A DNA stretch of 64,000 bases from the NCBI GenBank assembly GCA_963841435.1, contig CAWJCS010000005.1:384001-448000 (forward strand), written 5' to 3'. Below, in pieces: positions 38,687 through 48,207 of this stretch. A program made the position numbers and the translations under genes. The notes below the pieces were generated by a model that did no database searches, had not been told where the DNA came from, and was given only the letters and a program-made list of their open reading frames with translations. This DNA comes from an uncultured delta proteobacterium. Its GTDB lineage: Bacteria > Myxococcota_A > Polyangia > Polyangiales > Polyangiaceae. Positions within the stretch are counted from its first letter, which is position 1. The number at the start of each line of letters is the position of its first letter.

Positions 38687-40044
38687 CACTCGACTCCTCC
38701 ACCCACCAGCGCTTCGGCATCCACCTGTGCGTCCGCGGCGCGTGCCTCGGCCATGAGGGTCGTGCGTTCGAAGTTCAAGAGCTGAAGCTCCGCCTGGAAC
38801 AGGGCGGCGAAGTCGGCGCGACTCACCTGGTAGGAGGAGAAGGTCGCTTCCAAGGCCAGGCGCGCTTCCGGTGTCAGCTCCTGACGATAGGTGCGCGCCT
38901 GCTGTGCGGCTCGCGTCCACGCCGCGACGACCCGGCCGAGGTTGCCGCGGATGCTGTCGAGATCGGCGGCGCGCGTCAGAACGGCGGACTCTGCGAGCTT
39001 TTCGTTGCGCCGCTGTTCGCTGCCCGAGCGTTGGTCGTAAAAGAGTGGAATGGGCAGCGACACGCCGAGTGAAAAAAAGTCCGTGCCCATGTCCGTCCCG
39101 GCCTCGGTTCGCACACGGTATCCCGCCCAGAGTGTGATGTCCGGGTAACCGTCGCGCTCCGCCCGGCGCGCCGCGGCGCGGTACGTCTCGGCTTCCACCA
39201 CGGAGCGCTGAAGCAGTGGGCGCCCGCGTGCGGCTCGCCCGGCGAGCGCTCCGGCATCCGCGACCGGAGCCTTGACGACGGTCTGTTCGGGCGTTGGCAC
39301 GGGCACGTTTGCCCTGCGGTGCAACGTTGCGTTGATGACCGCCGTCAAGGCTTGCTCGTCCTCGTCGAAGCTCTCGAGGTCGTCCTGGAGCTGATCCACG
39401 AGCACGCGGAGCCGAAGCAGCTCGTGTTGCGCGGCAACGCCGGCCTCGTTCTTGACCCGAACCACGTCGAGAAAATCGCTCGCGAGCTGCGCGTGCCGCT
39501 GGGTCACGGCCCGAAGCTGACGGGTCAACGCCAAACGGTAGTAGGCATGCCTCACGGCCGCTCGCAGCTCGAGCTTCTGCTCGGCGAGTGTCAGTTGCTC
39601 CTGCCGCACGCGGCTGCGCGCCTCGACCTCGCGAGCGTCGATCTTGCCGGGCCACGGGAACGTTTGCCTGAGCGTCAATTGGATCCCGCTCATGGGGTGT
39701 TTGCCGGGGACCGGAGCGTTGATGGGCATGTTGCTGTATTCAGCGGAAAAAGTCGGATCCATCCAGGCCCCGGCCTGGCTGACCTGTTCCTCTAGTGCCT
39801 GAATGCGGTCCCGGGTGGCGCCGACGGCCGGGTTCGCTTGAACTGCCAAGTCACCGAGCGCCTTCGAAATGTCCGCGGCGCCCTTCGAGGGCGGTGGGAC
39901 GTCCGTCGGGGCGCCGCTGCCTGGTTCGGCGGAGGCGTCGGCAGCAACGCCCCGCGTCGCCAGAAGGCATAGAGCCAGGGCGACGCCGATGCTGGTGAAG
40001 GAGTGTCCTTTGTGCTGCGGCTTGATCGTCATCCGTAGTCCCAT
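38686..40044 (-). CDS. TolC-family outer-membrane efflux protein
   Basis: Signal peptide, ANP, QTFPWPGK, YPDITL, FSLGVSLPIP, SYQVSRADF; upstream of cusB. Start is 40044 or 40032. Confidence 0.9.
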   Translation of the reverse strand: MGLRMTIKPQHKGHSFTSIGVALALCLLATRGVAADASAEPGSGAPTDVPPPSKGAADISKALGDLAVQANPAVGATRDRIQALEEQVSQAGAWMDPTFSAEYSNMPINAPVPGKHPMSGIQLTLRQTFPWPGKIDAREVEARSRVRQEQLTLAEQKLELRAAVRHAYYRLALTRQLRAVTQRHAQLASDFLDVVRVKNEAGVAAQHELLRLRVLVDQLQDDLESFDEDEQALTAVINATLHRRANVPVPTPEQTVVKAPVADAGALAGRAARGRPLLQRSVVEAETYRAAARRAERDGYPDITLWAGYRVRTEAGTDMGTDFFSLGVSLPIPLFYDQRSGSEQRRNEKLAESAVLTRAADLDSIRGNLGRVVAAWTRAAQQARTYRQELTPEARLALEATFSSYQVSRADFAALFQAELQLLNFERTTLMAEARAADAQVDAEALVGGGVE

Positions 40045-40099
40045 GGCGAGTCCAGCTTCAATACTGCGAAACGGTGCCACGAGACATAGAGATGCGCGA

Positions 40100-40483
40100 C
40101 TACTGCCCGACGACGACGGAGCCGCGCAGCATGTCCATGCCGCAGGCGAACGTCAGCGCTGGACTCTTGGCCGTGACGGTCACCTCGACGTCTTCGTTGA
40201 GCGGAAGGTCCTTGCGGATGCCGAGGTCCTTGAACACCACCTGCTTGGCGCAAGTCGCATCGGTCACGCGGCGAAACACGAGCGTCACGTTCTGGCCGGC
40301 CGCGGCGGTGACCTTCTCCGGATGGAAGCCGCTCCCATCGACCGTGACGGCTTGCCGCAAAGCCTTCTCAGCTGCGGGCTCGGCCTTGGCTTCGGAGGAC
40401 GCCTCCTGCGCCTTCTGCTCACAAGCACCAAGCAGCAGCGGGAGCGCGACGACGGCAGCCAACAGCTTGGAAAATGCTTTCAT
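40100..40483 (-). CDS. Cupredoxin-domain lipoprotein (CupA-like copper chaperone)
   Basis: Lipobox LGAC; GFHPEKV, LVFRR..DATCA, FACGMDMLRG. Confidence 0.88.
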   Translation of the reverse strand: MKAFSKLLAAVVALPLLLGACEQKAQEASSEAKAEPAAEKALRQAVTVDGSGFHPEKVTAAAGQNVTLVFRRVTDATCAKQVVFKDLGIRKDLPLNEDVEVTVTAKSPALTFACGMDMLRGSVVVGQ

Positions 40484-40774
40484 CGTTCTGAATCTCGCTC
40501 GACTAGGGTTCACGGTGACGCATGGTGTCAGCCGCACGATAGCAGCAACAGCCGTGCCAACGGACCTTGCAGGCCAGGCTCCGTACGCGGTCCGCATGCA
40601 ACCTAGGGTGGCACCACAACGGCCGTGAGCCCCGCCGTACGCAACTCCTTCGCGCAAGAGATTGCCTTGCGCACGGGATGCGGCGGCAGAAGCGCCCGGG
40701 GGCCTCGGCGGTGACCCGAAGCTCGAAGCAGCGGCTGTCTGCGGACGGGGACCGTGGTAGCGAAGCCACCCCCC

Positions 40775-42442
40775 ATGCTCGCTGAGAGAACGTCTCCGAG
40801 CCTCGAGAGCAGCGAGGAAGCACGCGCCTTCCTTCAGACCAGGGTCGCGCTGTTCTGGAGGGTCCTTGCCGTCATCATGCTGTTTGCGAGCGTGCTGGGC
40901 GCGGTCGGTGCGCTCAAGCGCCCCGGCGCGGACCTGGTCCTCGACATCGTTCTCGCGGCGGAGGCCGGCGCTTTTTGGTGGCTGTGCCGGAACGGACGAC
41001 GCTCCGTTCGGTTCTCGCGAACGGTAGAGGCCGCGGGGCTGCTGCTCTTCTTCACCGGATCCTCCTTTTTGGGGCGCTACGTGCTGGTCGGCTTCGTCCG
41101 GGAGCGTTCCCTCTCCACGCCGGAGGGAGCTTTGATGGCGGACGCTTACCTGTCCGTTCTCGGGTTGGTCGGGACCGCGCTGATGATCCTGGTTCGCGCC
41201 GCCCTGATCCCCTCGTCACCACGTCGCACGATTCTCTACACGGCGATGGTCGGCGCTCCAGTGATCCTGACGCCGACGCTCCTCGTGCCGAGCTCGCACG
41301 GCGGGTTCGCCGTTCGCGCGCTCGATGCTGGCGCCTATCCCTGGTTCCCTGCAGCGCTCGCCATCGTGTGGAGCATCGTCGTCATCACGAGCACGGTCAT
41401 CTCGAAGGTCATCTACGGCCTTCGAGCGGAGGTGCGCGAGGCGCGCCGGCTGGGCCAGTACGTGATCGAGGAGAAGATTGGCGAGGGCGGCATGGGTGAA
41501 GTTTACCGCGCACGCCACGGGATGATCCGCCGGCCTTCGGCGCTCAAGCTCTTGCGGGCGGATCACGCTCAGGAGCGCGACCTCGTTCGCTTCGAAAGGG
41601 AGGTCCAGCTCACCGCACGCCTCACCCACCCCAGCACCATCACCATCTACGACTACGGGCGAACCGACGACGGCGTCTTTTACTACGCGATGGAGCTCCT
41701 CGACGGCGCCAATCTGCAGCGTGTCGTCGAAGTCTCGGGCCCCCAGGCGGAAGGCAGGGTGGTGCGCATCCTGACGATGGCATGCGGCGCGCTCGCCGAA
41801 GCTCATGCCATCGGCTTGATCCATCGTGACATCAAGCCGGCGAACATGATGCTGTGCACCCAGGGCGGAGAGCGAGACGTGGTGAAGCTGCTCGACTTCG
41901 GCCTGGTCAAAGAGCTCGCCGTCGACGGAGACGCCGGCGTGTCCGTCGCGAGCACCCTGATCGGCACACCGCTCTACATGGCTCCAGAAAGCATCACCCG
42001 GCCCGACTCCGTGGACGCCCGTGCCGACATTTACGCGCTCGGGGCGGTCGCCTACTACCTCTTGACGGGCACCGAGCTCTTCGACGGGCGGACGATCGTC
42101 GAGGTGTGCAGTCAACATCTCCATCAGCTGCCGGACGCCATGGCAGAGCGCGGTGTCACGGTCTCGGCGGGGCTCGAGACGATCGTGCGTGCGTGCCTCG
42201 AGAAGAAGCCCGAAGCTCGACCCGCGAGCGCCGTCGAGCTTCGCCGCCTGCTCGAAGCGTGCAAGGTCGAGCCGTGGGGCGACGACCAAGCGCAGAAGTG
42301 GTGGCTCGAGCACCAACCCGCGCTCGACCGCTACGCGGCGAGTGGCAGAAACGGCCCCCGGACCATCGCCATCGACGGACGGTCGCGCCAAATCCCCGGG
42401 CCTGCGGGGGTGATACCGACTTCCCTCGCGAAGCCAGCATGA
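40775..42442 (+). CDS. Membrane-anchored Ser/Thr protein kinase (N-terminal TM sensor)
   Basis: About 5 TM segments, then IGEGGMGEVY, ALK, HRDIKPAN, DFGLVK, GTPLYMAPE, DIYALG. Confidence 0.95.
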   Translation: MLAERTSPSLESSEEARAFLQTRVALFWRVLAVIMLFASVLGAVGALKRPGADLVLDIVLAAEAGAFWWLCRNGRRSVRFSRTVEAAGLLLFFTGSSFLGRYVLVGFVRERSLSTPEGALMADAYLSVLGLVGTALMILVRAALIPSSPRRTILYTAMVGAPVILTPTLLVPSSHGGFAVRALDAGAYPWFPAALAIVWSIVVITSTVISKVIYGLRAEVREARRLGQYVIEEKIGEGGMGEVYRARHGMIRRPSALKLLRADHAQERDLVRFEREVQLTARLTHPSTITIYDYGRTDDGVFYYAMELLDGANLQRVVEVSGPQAEGRVVRILTMACGALAEAHAIGLIHRDIKPANMMLCTQGGERDVVKLLDFGLVKELAVDGDAGVSVASTLIGTPLYMAPESITRPDSVDARADIYALGAVAYYLLTGTELFDGRTIVEVCSQHLHQLPDAMAERGVTVSAGLETIVRACLEKKPEARPASAVELRRLLEACKVEPWGDDQAQKWWLEHQPALDRYAASGRNGPRTIAIDGRSRQIPGPAGVIPTSLAKPA

Positions 42443-42945
42443 GCGAGACCGTCGAATTCGTCGTCCGGAGCGTCGTTGTCGGCGTGGGTGCCACGCTGAC
42501 CATGGATGTCTGGGCCGCGGTGTTGCGTCGCTTCGGCGTGCCCTCGCTCGACTTCGGCCTCCTCGGTCGCTTCATCGGTCATCTGCCGGAAGGGCGCTGG
42601 TTCCACCAGAGCATCGCGAAATCGGCACCGGTTCGGGGCGAGAGGCTCTTGGGCTGGTGCGCGCACTACTCGATTGGCGTCGGCTTCGCGGCGCTCTTGC
42701 TCGCCGTGTTCGGCTTGACCTGGGCGCGTTCGCCCACACCCGCGCCGGCCGTCCTCATCGGGATGGTGACCGTCGTCGCGCCGCTGTTCGTTCTGCAGCC
42801 AGCCCTCGGTGCGGGCGTCGCTTCGTCGAAGACGCCGAGGCCGGTCTTCAACAGCGTGAAGAGCCTGATCACTCACCTTGTCTTCGGACTAGGACTCTTT
42901 CTCGCCGCGGACGCCACAGCGTCGCTCGTGCCAGTGCTCCCCTGA
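42439..42945 (+). CDS. DUF2938-family membrane protein
   Basis: GVGATLTMDVW, LGRFIGH, ERLLGWCAHYSIG, APLFVLQPALGAG..SSKTP, HLVFGLG; ATGA overlap with the kinase. Confidence 0.85.
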   Translation: MSETVEFVVRSVVVGVGATLTMDVWAAVLRRFGVPSLDFGLLGRFIGHLPEGRWFHQSIAKSAPVRGERLLGWCAHYSIGVGFAALLLAVFGLTWARSPTPAPAVLIGMVTVVAPLFVLQPALGAGVASSKTPRPVFNSVKSLITHLVFGLGLFLAADATASLVPVLP

Positions 42946-43174
42946 CGGCCCCGCACTCCGGGGGTGCACTATTTCTCACCCCCATCTGGAACGCCCACCG
43001 AGTGAGGCAGGCGCGAAAGCACTCACCTTCCGACGGCCCGGGAAGCGGTGCGAGCTGAAAAGGCAGCCCGCGAAACAAAGGGGGCGAAGGGGGCATGAAG
43101 AGTTCGGTGCATAGCGCGCGTCCGACCGGATCGGACGCCGAACCCTTGCGAATCTGCCTGACCGAGGTCGCCCG

Positions 43175-44797
43175 ATGACGAGACCGCCAAACCGAAGACT
43201 TTTCCTGCGAGGCCTGGGCGGAGCTTGCGTGGCGGCTCCTTTCCTCGGCTCGCTCTTCGACCGCCCGGCGAACGCGCAGGCCCGGTCCGGTCCCAGGCGA
43301 TTGATCGTGATGTTCACGCATTACGGCTGCGTCACGACGCGGTTCTTCCCCGCCAAATCCCACGGTGCGCTCACCGCCGCGGATCTCGAAGCCACCACCC
43401 TCGCGCCTCTCGCGCCCCACGCAGACAAGGTCCTCATCCCTCGCGGCATCCGCGCCATGAACGAGTGGACCCCCACGATGATCCGCGGACAGGGCAACGA
43501 CCCCCACACCCAGGTGGTGGGCTCGTATTTCACGTGTCAGCCGGTCACCCCGAACGGCACCGAGCCGTTCAGCTTCGATCAGGCGACGAAGTTCAACGCC
43601 AAGCCCGTCGGTCGTTCACTGGATCACGTGATCGCGGAGCAGTTGAGCCCCGGTGGAAAGCCGCTCCTCGTGCGCGTGGGCAACAGAACCGATACCCCCC
43701 AATCGGGGATCTCCTACTCCGCACGCGAGACGCCCTACGACGGCGTCGGCACGCCCGCTGAGGTCCTGAGTGGCCTCACCGGTCTCTTCCAGGGCGGCCC
43801 GATGTCCCCGGACACGTACCAGGCCGTGCGTGGCAAGAGCGTCATCGATATCGTCAGGGACGACCTGGACACCCTCGAGCGCTCCGACATGAGCCAGTCG
43901 GACAAGATGAAGCTCGAAGCGTGGAAGCAGCTGCTCGACGAAACGACGACGATGGTGCGGTCCGCACAGTGTAGCGACGCGGGCGCCACGCAGCTAAAGG
44001 CGACGCAAACCGACGTCGATGCGTTCGGGAACGCGGACAGCACGGGTGACGTGCTCTCCAGCAAGGTCACCGCAACGGCGGACGGCGCGGACCTTTATTC
44101 GAACGTCGCGGTGCTCGCGGCCGTGTGCAACGCAAACCCCGTGATCTTTCTCAAATACCCCCCGAACTTCTTGTTCTCGGGTCTCGGCCTCAATGTGGAG
44201 AGTCACTCGGTTTCGCACCGCGTCGCCAACGCCGGCATGGCGGGCACCTGCATTACCAACGCCATCGACCTGATCCTCACGATCGACGATTTTTACGCGA
44301 GGAAGTTCGCACACCTGGTGGACCTGCTCGACGGCATCGACGAGGGTGACGGGAAGGTGCTCGACAATACCGCTGCAGTCTGGTTCCAGGAGTTGTCGGA
44401 CGGAAACCAGCACAACCTGAATAACCTGCCCATCGTCCAGGTCGGCAGTGCCGGGGGTTACTTCAAGACGGGTTGGGCCGTGAACGTCGAGGACGGCTCC
44501 GCGGACCTATCGCCCGGTCACAGCGAGGACGGGTGCACGAACGACATCATGGATGCCGAGGCCGGCACGGGCACCAACCCGTCTTTCGCCAACGCGCCGA
44601 TCAACAAGTACTTTTACAACCTGATGAACGCCCTCGGCGTGAAGGCGGGCGCCGACGGCTTTCCTCTGCAAGGTGGCTCGGCGGAAGTGACCAGGTTCGG
44701 CATGTACGACAAGACCGAGGACTTCGTCGGCGGCGGCACCAACCCTCCCGCGATCCACAGCCCGGGCGAATACGCCGAGCTCAAGGCGAACGCCTGA
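43175..44797 (+). CDS. DUF1552-family protein (Tat-like signal), paralog of 53700-55337
   Basis: NRRLFLRGLGG, SLDHVIA, KSVIDIVRDDL, VLDNT..VW.QELSDG..H...NLP. Confidence 0.88.
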   Translation: MTRPPNRRLFLRGLGGACVAAPFLGSLFDRPANAQARSGPRRLIVMFTHYGCVTTRFFPAKSHGALTAADLEATTLAPLAPHADKVLIPRGIRAMNEWTPTMIRGQGNDPHTQVVGSYFTCQPVTPNGTEPFSFDQATKFNAKPVGRSLDHVIAEQLSPGGKPLLVRVGNRTDTPQSGISYSARETPYDGVGTPAEVLSGLTGLFQGGPMSPDTYQAVRGKSVIDIVRDDLDTLERSDMSQSDKMKLEAWKQLLDETTTMVRSAQCSDAGATQLKATQTDVDAFGNADSTGDVLSSKVTATADGADLYSNVAVLAAVCNANPVIFLKYPPNFLFSGLGLNVESHSVSHRVANAGMAGTCITNAIDLILTIDDFYARKFAHLVDLLDGIDEGDGKVLDNTAAVWFQELSDGNQHNLNNLPIVQVGSAGGYFKTGWAVNVEDGSADLSPGHSEDGCTNDIMDAEAGTGTNPSFANAPINKYFYNLMNALGVKAGADGFPLQGGSAEVTRFGMYDKTEDFVGGGTNPPAIHSPGEYAELKANA

Positions 44798-44825
44798 GCG
44801 CCCCGTTTCGCGAGTGGCACCCGAG

Positions 44826-46349
44826 TCAGCCGAAGAGCTCGGGCACGGTCCCGTTGACCTCGCCGAACGTGTCGCCCTGGTGCCCGACCGCCTGCATCGC
44901 GGAGAGGATCACGTTGCCGGGGTGCTTGCCGGTTGCCGCAATGTGCTGCCCCGGAGCGAGACCCCCTGCACGCCCACCAACGAGCAGCACCATGCGCTCG
45001 ACCGAATGAGTCTGATTGGTGCTCGTGCCGTCGTTGAGCTGAATGCCGTGCCCGGCCTCGGGCATGAAGAGGATCGCCGAGTTGTCGAGCAGCGTCCCGG
45101 CACCTTCGGGCGTGCTCTTCAGCTTGTCGAGAAGGTACGCGTAGTGCGACGCATGCCAGCCGAGCAGAAGGCTCACCGGGAGCTGGCCGCGATTGTCGGT
45201 GTCCCCGTTGTGACCGCACTCGTGGAGGTCTGCGCGCACCGGCGTGCCCAGCATCTCGGTCACCGGGTACACGTTCATGTGCGACTGGAACACGGTGATC
45301 TGGAGCGTGGCGACGCGCGTGAGATCGCAGACGAACGCCATGTGCAGGAGGTCCGCGAGCAGCCGCGCGCGCTCGTGCTCGTCGCTGTAGCCGGTGTTGG
45401 TGGCGATCATGTCGGAGCCCGCGCCCGCGTTGTCGCCGCCAATGGGGGGGTCGTCAGGGGGCGCCATGGGCTTTTGGCACGCTCCCCCGCTTGCCGGCAT
45501 GGCGGCGATTCTGAGCTCGAGCGCGCGGATCTCGTCGAAATGTCGCTCGAGGCGAACCCGATCCGCGGCGCCGACGCGGCCGAGGAGGGCGTCACGCTTG
45601 TCGGTGATGAGCGAGAGCACACTCTGCCTCGCGCGAAGCTCGAAGTCGTGGCGCGCCGTTTCGGCAGAGTCGCCGGGCGTGAACGCGTCGAACAGCGAGC
45701 GGTACGCGATGAGCGGGCTCACCTGGGCCTCCACCGGATCGGCGTCGCCGCGGTAGGAGACGTACTGCCGGCCGGAAAAGCTCGAGCCGCTCAGGTACCA
45801 GGCGGGCTGGGCGCGGAGCACGAGCGAGTCGAGCGTGCTGCCCGGATTTTCGGCCGCGAGGATCTGATCGGAGGTCGCGCTCCGACAAGTGAAGCTCGCG
45901 CTCAGCGAGCGCGTGCCGCACAAAAGCGGCCCCGCGCCGCCGCCGTGAAAATCGCGAAAGGCACCGCCTGCGGGAACGTCTGCGGATTCCACGGAGCTCG
46001 CGTTGAACGGGATCTCGAGCCCCGAGACCAGGCTAAAGTCGCCCATCAGCCCGAGGTCCGCGAGGGGCTCGAGCGGCGTCGTGACGCTGTAGCCCGCGCC
46101 GGTCTCCGGAGGCACGATGAAGTGGCCGGTCTCCTGGAAGCGCTGTCCCCCGACCATGTAGCGATCCTCTTCCCAGTCGTCGCCGCCGAGCGCCTGGCCC
46201 GCGAAGACGACGGCATAGCGAAGCGGCAGCGGGCCAGATTGTGCGAGCGCCTCGCCGTGCGAGTCGAGCATGCACTCGAGCGCCGGCAGACCGACCGCGA
46301 CGCCGCCGAGAGCTCGGAGCATGGTGCGTCGGGGCAAGCGGAACGTCAT
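44826..46349 (-). CDS. DUF1552-family protein (Tat-like signal)
   Basis: RRTMLRALGGVAVGLPALECM, SVLSLI, DRVRLERHFDEIRALE, AFVCDLTRVAT, TPEGAGTLLDNS. Confidence 0.9.
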   Translation of the reverse strand: MTFRLPRRTMLRALGGVAVGLPALECMLDSHGEALAQSGPLPLRYAVVFAGQALGGDDWEEDRYMVGGQRFQETGHFIVPPETGAGYSVTTPLEPLADLGLMGDFSLVSGLEIPFNASSVESADVPAGGAFRDFHGGGAGPLLCGTRSLSASFTCRSATSDQILAAENPGSTLDSLVLRAQPAWYLSGSSFSGRQYVSYRGDADPVEAQVSPLIAYRSLFDAFTPGDSAETARHDFELRARQSVLSLITDKRDALLGRVGAADRVRLERHFDEIRALELRIAAMPASGGACQKPMAPPDDPPIGGDNAGAGSDMIATNTGYSDEHERARLLADLLHMAFVCDLTRVATLQITVFQSHMNVYPVTEMLGTPVRADLHECGHNGDTDNRGQLPVSLLLGWHASHYAYLLDKLKSTPEGAGTLLDNSAILFMPEAGHGIQLNDGTSTNQTHSVERMVLLVGGRAGGLAPGQHIAATGKHPGNVILSAMQAVGHQGDTFGEVNGTVPELFG

Positions 46350-48103
46350 GGTGAGGGCTCCTCGCGCCGGAGCGCGAATCGATCGCTCGCGGCGTAGTCG
46401 GCAAGCAGTGTCTGGGCGTCGTAGCCTTCGGCCCGAAAGCCCGCCGAGAGATCGGCGACGACCTCGGTCTCCTCCGGCTTGAGCGCGCGCCCGAGGGCGA
46501 AGCGCACGACGTGCTCGACGAAGCACGATTCGAGCTCACCCGTCTCGACCAGCATCCGACCCAGCTCGCCCGGCCCGTTGAAGGTCCCGTAGCCCGGGAG
46601 CTCGCCGTTGCCGTCGAGCGCGCATTCGTCGTGCGCGTCGTCATGCGTGCGGAACCGGCCCGCGATGTCGTACTGCTCGAGGCCGATCCCGATCGGGTCG
46701 AGCTGGGAGTGGCAACCGGCGCAGCTCGGCGTGGAGCGATGCTCCGCGTAGCGCTCCGTCTTGCACACGGCGTCGGCGCTCGAGGGCGGCTGATCGACGT
46801 TCACGTTGGCGGGTGGCGGATCCACGGTGTTGCAGAGCAGGCGCGTCTGCACGAAGATCCCACGCTGGGTGGGGCTCGTGTCGCTGAACTTGCTGAACGC
46901 CGCGAGCACGCTGCCATGCGAGAGAATACCGGCGCGGCCGCTTGCGCCGTAGCTCACCCAGCCTTCGCCTCCCGGCGGGGTCGATAGTCCGTAGTGGTCG
47001 GCGAGATCCTGGGTCAGGTACGTCTCGGGCGAGAGGAAGAGATCCAGGTAGCTCGACGGTTCGTCGAACACGACCTTGTCGATGAGCTTCGTCGTCTCGA
47101 GCTCGAGGTCGGCGAGCAGCGCGGGTGTTCCCGGAATGGCGCGATAGCCGAGCCACATCGCGTGGAAGCGGTGCACGGTCGAGCGCGCGCGCGGATCGGC
47201 GAGCAAGCGAAGTGCTTGGTCGCGACGCCCGGCAGGATCGACGAGGAGGCCTCCCGTGGCGGCCGCGCGCAGCGCGTCGTCCGGGGCGCTACCCCAGAGC
47301 AAGAACGAGAGTCGCGTCGCAAGCTCGAAGTCGGTCAGACGCTCGGTGCCGGGCTCGCTGCCCGGGGTGCCGATCTCGATCCGGTAGAGGAACTCCGGAT
47401 CTTGCAGCATGCTCCTTAGCGCGAGCTCGACGGCGGTATAAAAGTCGTTGTCGACGAAGTCGTTTTGCTCGGTGGCGAAGGCACCGAGCGCGAGATACGG
47501 GGCAGCGTCGCTCGTCGAAAAGGGTCTGCGGAACAGCCGCTCGCCGAGGTAAACGACGGTCTGTTCGAGACACGCCGCGTCGTCCGGGCCGCTCGGCGTG
47601 CAGGGCACGACGAGCGCGCGGTGCTCGGGAAGCACGGCCCGCGCGGCCACGTCTTCCGCGAACGCCTCGAGTGTGTCGATGAGCGCGCTCGAGGCGCGCT
47701 GGATCGTGTAGTCGTTGTCGAAGGGACGAAACTCGTCCTCCGCGAGATACTTGGACGCGGGAAACGTGTCGTCAGCGAACAGATCGCGGACGACATTGTC
47801 GAGCTCCGCTCGCGTCAGACGACGCGCACCGCTCTCGAGCGCTGTCGGGGCCGTCCCCTGGCTGCCGCTCGACCCGCCCGTCGCTCCGCTCGACCCGCCC
47901 GTCGCTCCGCTCGACCCGCCCGTCGCTCCGCTCTTCCCGCTCGATCCTGCGCTGCCGCCCGCTCCGGGGCTGCTGCCGCCGTTCGCGGCCGGCGCGGGCT
48001 TCTGGATCTCGGCGCTGCAGCCCCCGAGCACCGCAAGCCCGGCGAGCGCCCCGGCGAGGGGAGCGACGAACCGGGTGAGCCTCGAAGAAGCTCGGATGCT
48101 CAT
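46346..48103 (-). CDS. DUF1587/1595/1592/1588/1585 multi-domain lipoprotein with CxxCH motif
   Basis: Lipobox LGGC, RRLTRAELDNVVRDL, LFRRP, PEFLYR, ELATRLSFLLW..APDD, RAGIL, TSPTQRG, CAGCH. Confidence 0.9.
   Translation of the reverse strand: MSIRASSRLTRFVAPLAGALAGLAVLGGCSAEIQKPAPAANGGSSPGAGGSAGSSGKSGATGGSSGATGGSSGATGGSSGSQGTAPTALESGARRLTRAELDNVVRDLFADDTFPASKYLAEDEFRPFDNDYTIQRASSALIDTLEAFAEDVAARAVLPEHRALVVPCTPSGPDDAACLEQTVVYLGERLFRRPFSTSDAAPYLALGAFATEQNDFVDNDFYTAVELALRSMLQDPEFLYRIEIGTPGSEPGTERLTDFELATRLSFLLWGSAPDDALRAAATGGLLVDPAGRRDQALRLLADPRARSTVHRFHAMWLGYRAIPGTPALLADLELETTKLIDKVVFDEPSSYLDLFLSPETYLTQDLADHYGLSTPPGGEGWVSYGASGRAGILSHGSVLAAFSKFSDTSPTQRGIFVQTRLLCNTVDPPPANVNVDQPPSSADAVCKTERYAEHRSTPSCAGCHSQLDPIGIGLEQYDIAGRFRTHDDAHDECALDGNGELPGYGTFNGPGELGRMLVETGELESCFVEHVVRFALGRALKPEETEVVADLSAGFRAEGYDAQTLLADYAASDRFALRREEPSP
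47865..47933. repeat. 21-bp tandem repeat x3 (GATGGSS linker codons)
   Basis: CCGCTCGACCCGCCCGTCGCT occurs three times plus a partial copy. Confidence 0.85.
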
Positions 48104-48207
48104 CCGATCAAGTGTCGCCTCGGCCGCCACCAAACCAAGACAATTCGCTCGCAATCCTGCTGTTTTGTCCCACCTTTTCGCACCCGTGGATCACCAGCAG
48201 CCTGCGC

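Noticed and set aside
38687-39655. N-terminal extension of the 964-aa ORF 36761-39655
   Set aside because: It overlaps tolC in another frame and is Arg-rich noise; the credible cusB start is the ATG at 38686 overlapping the tolC stop.
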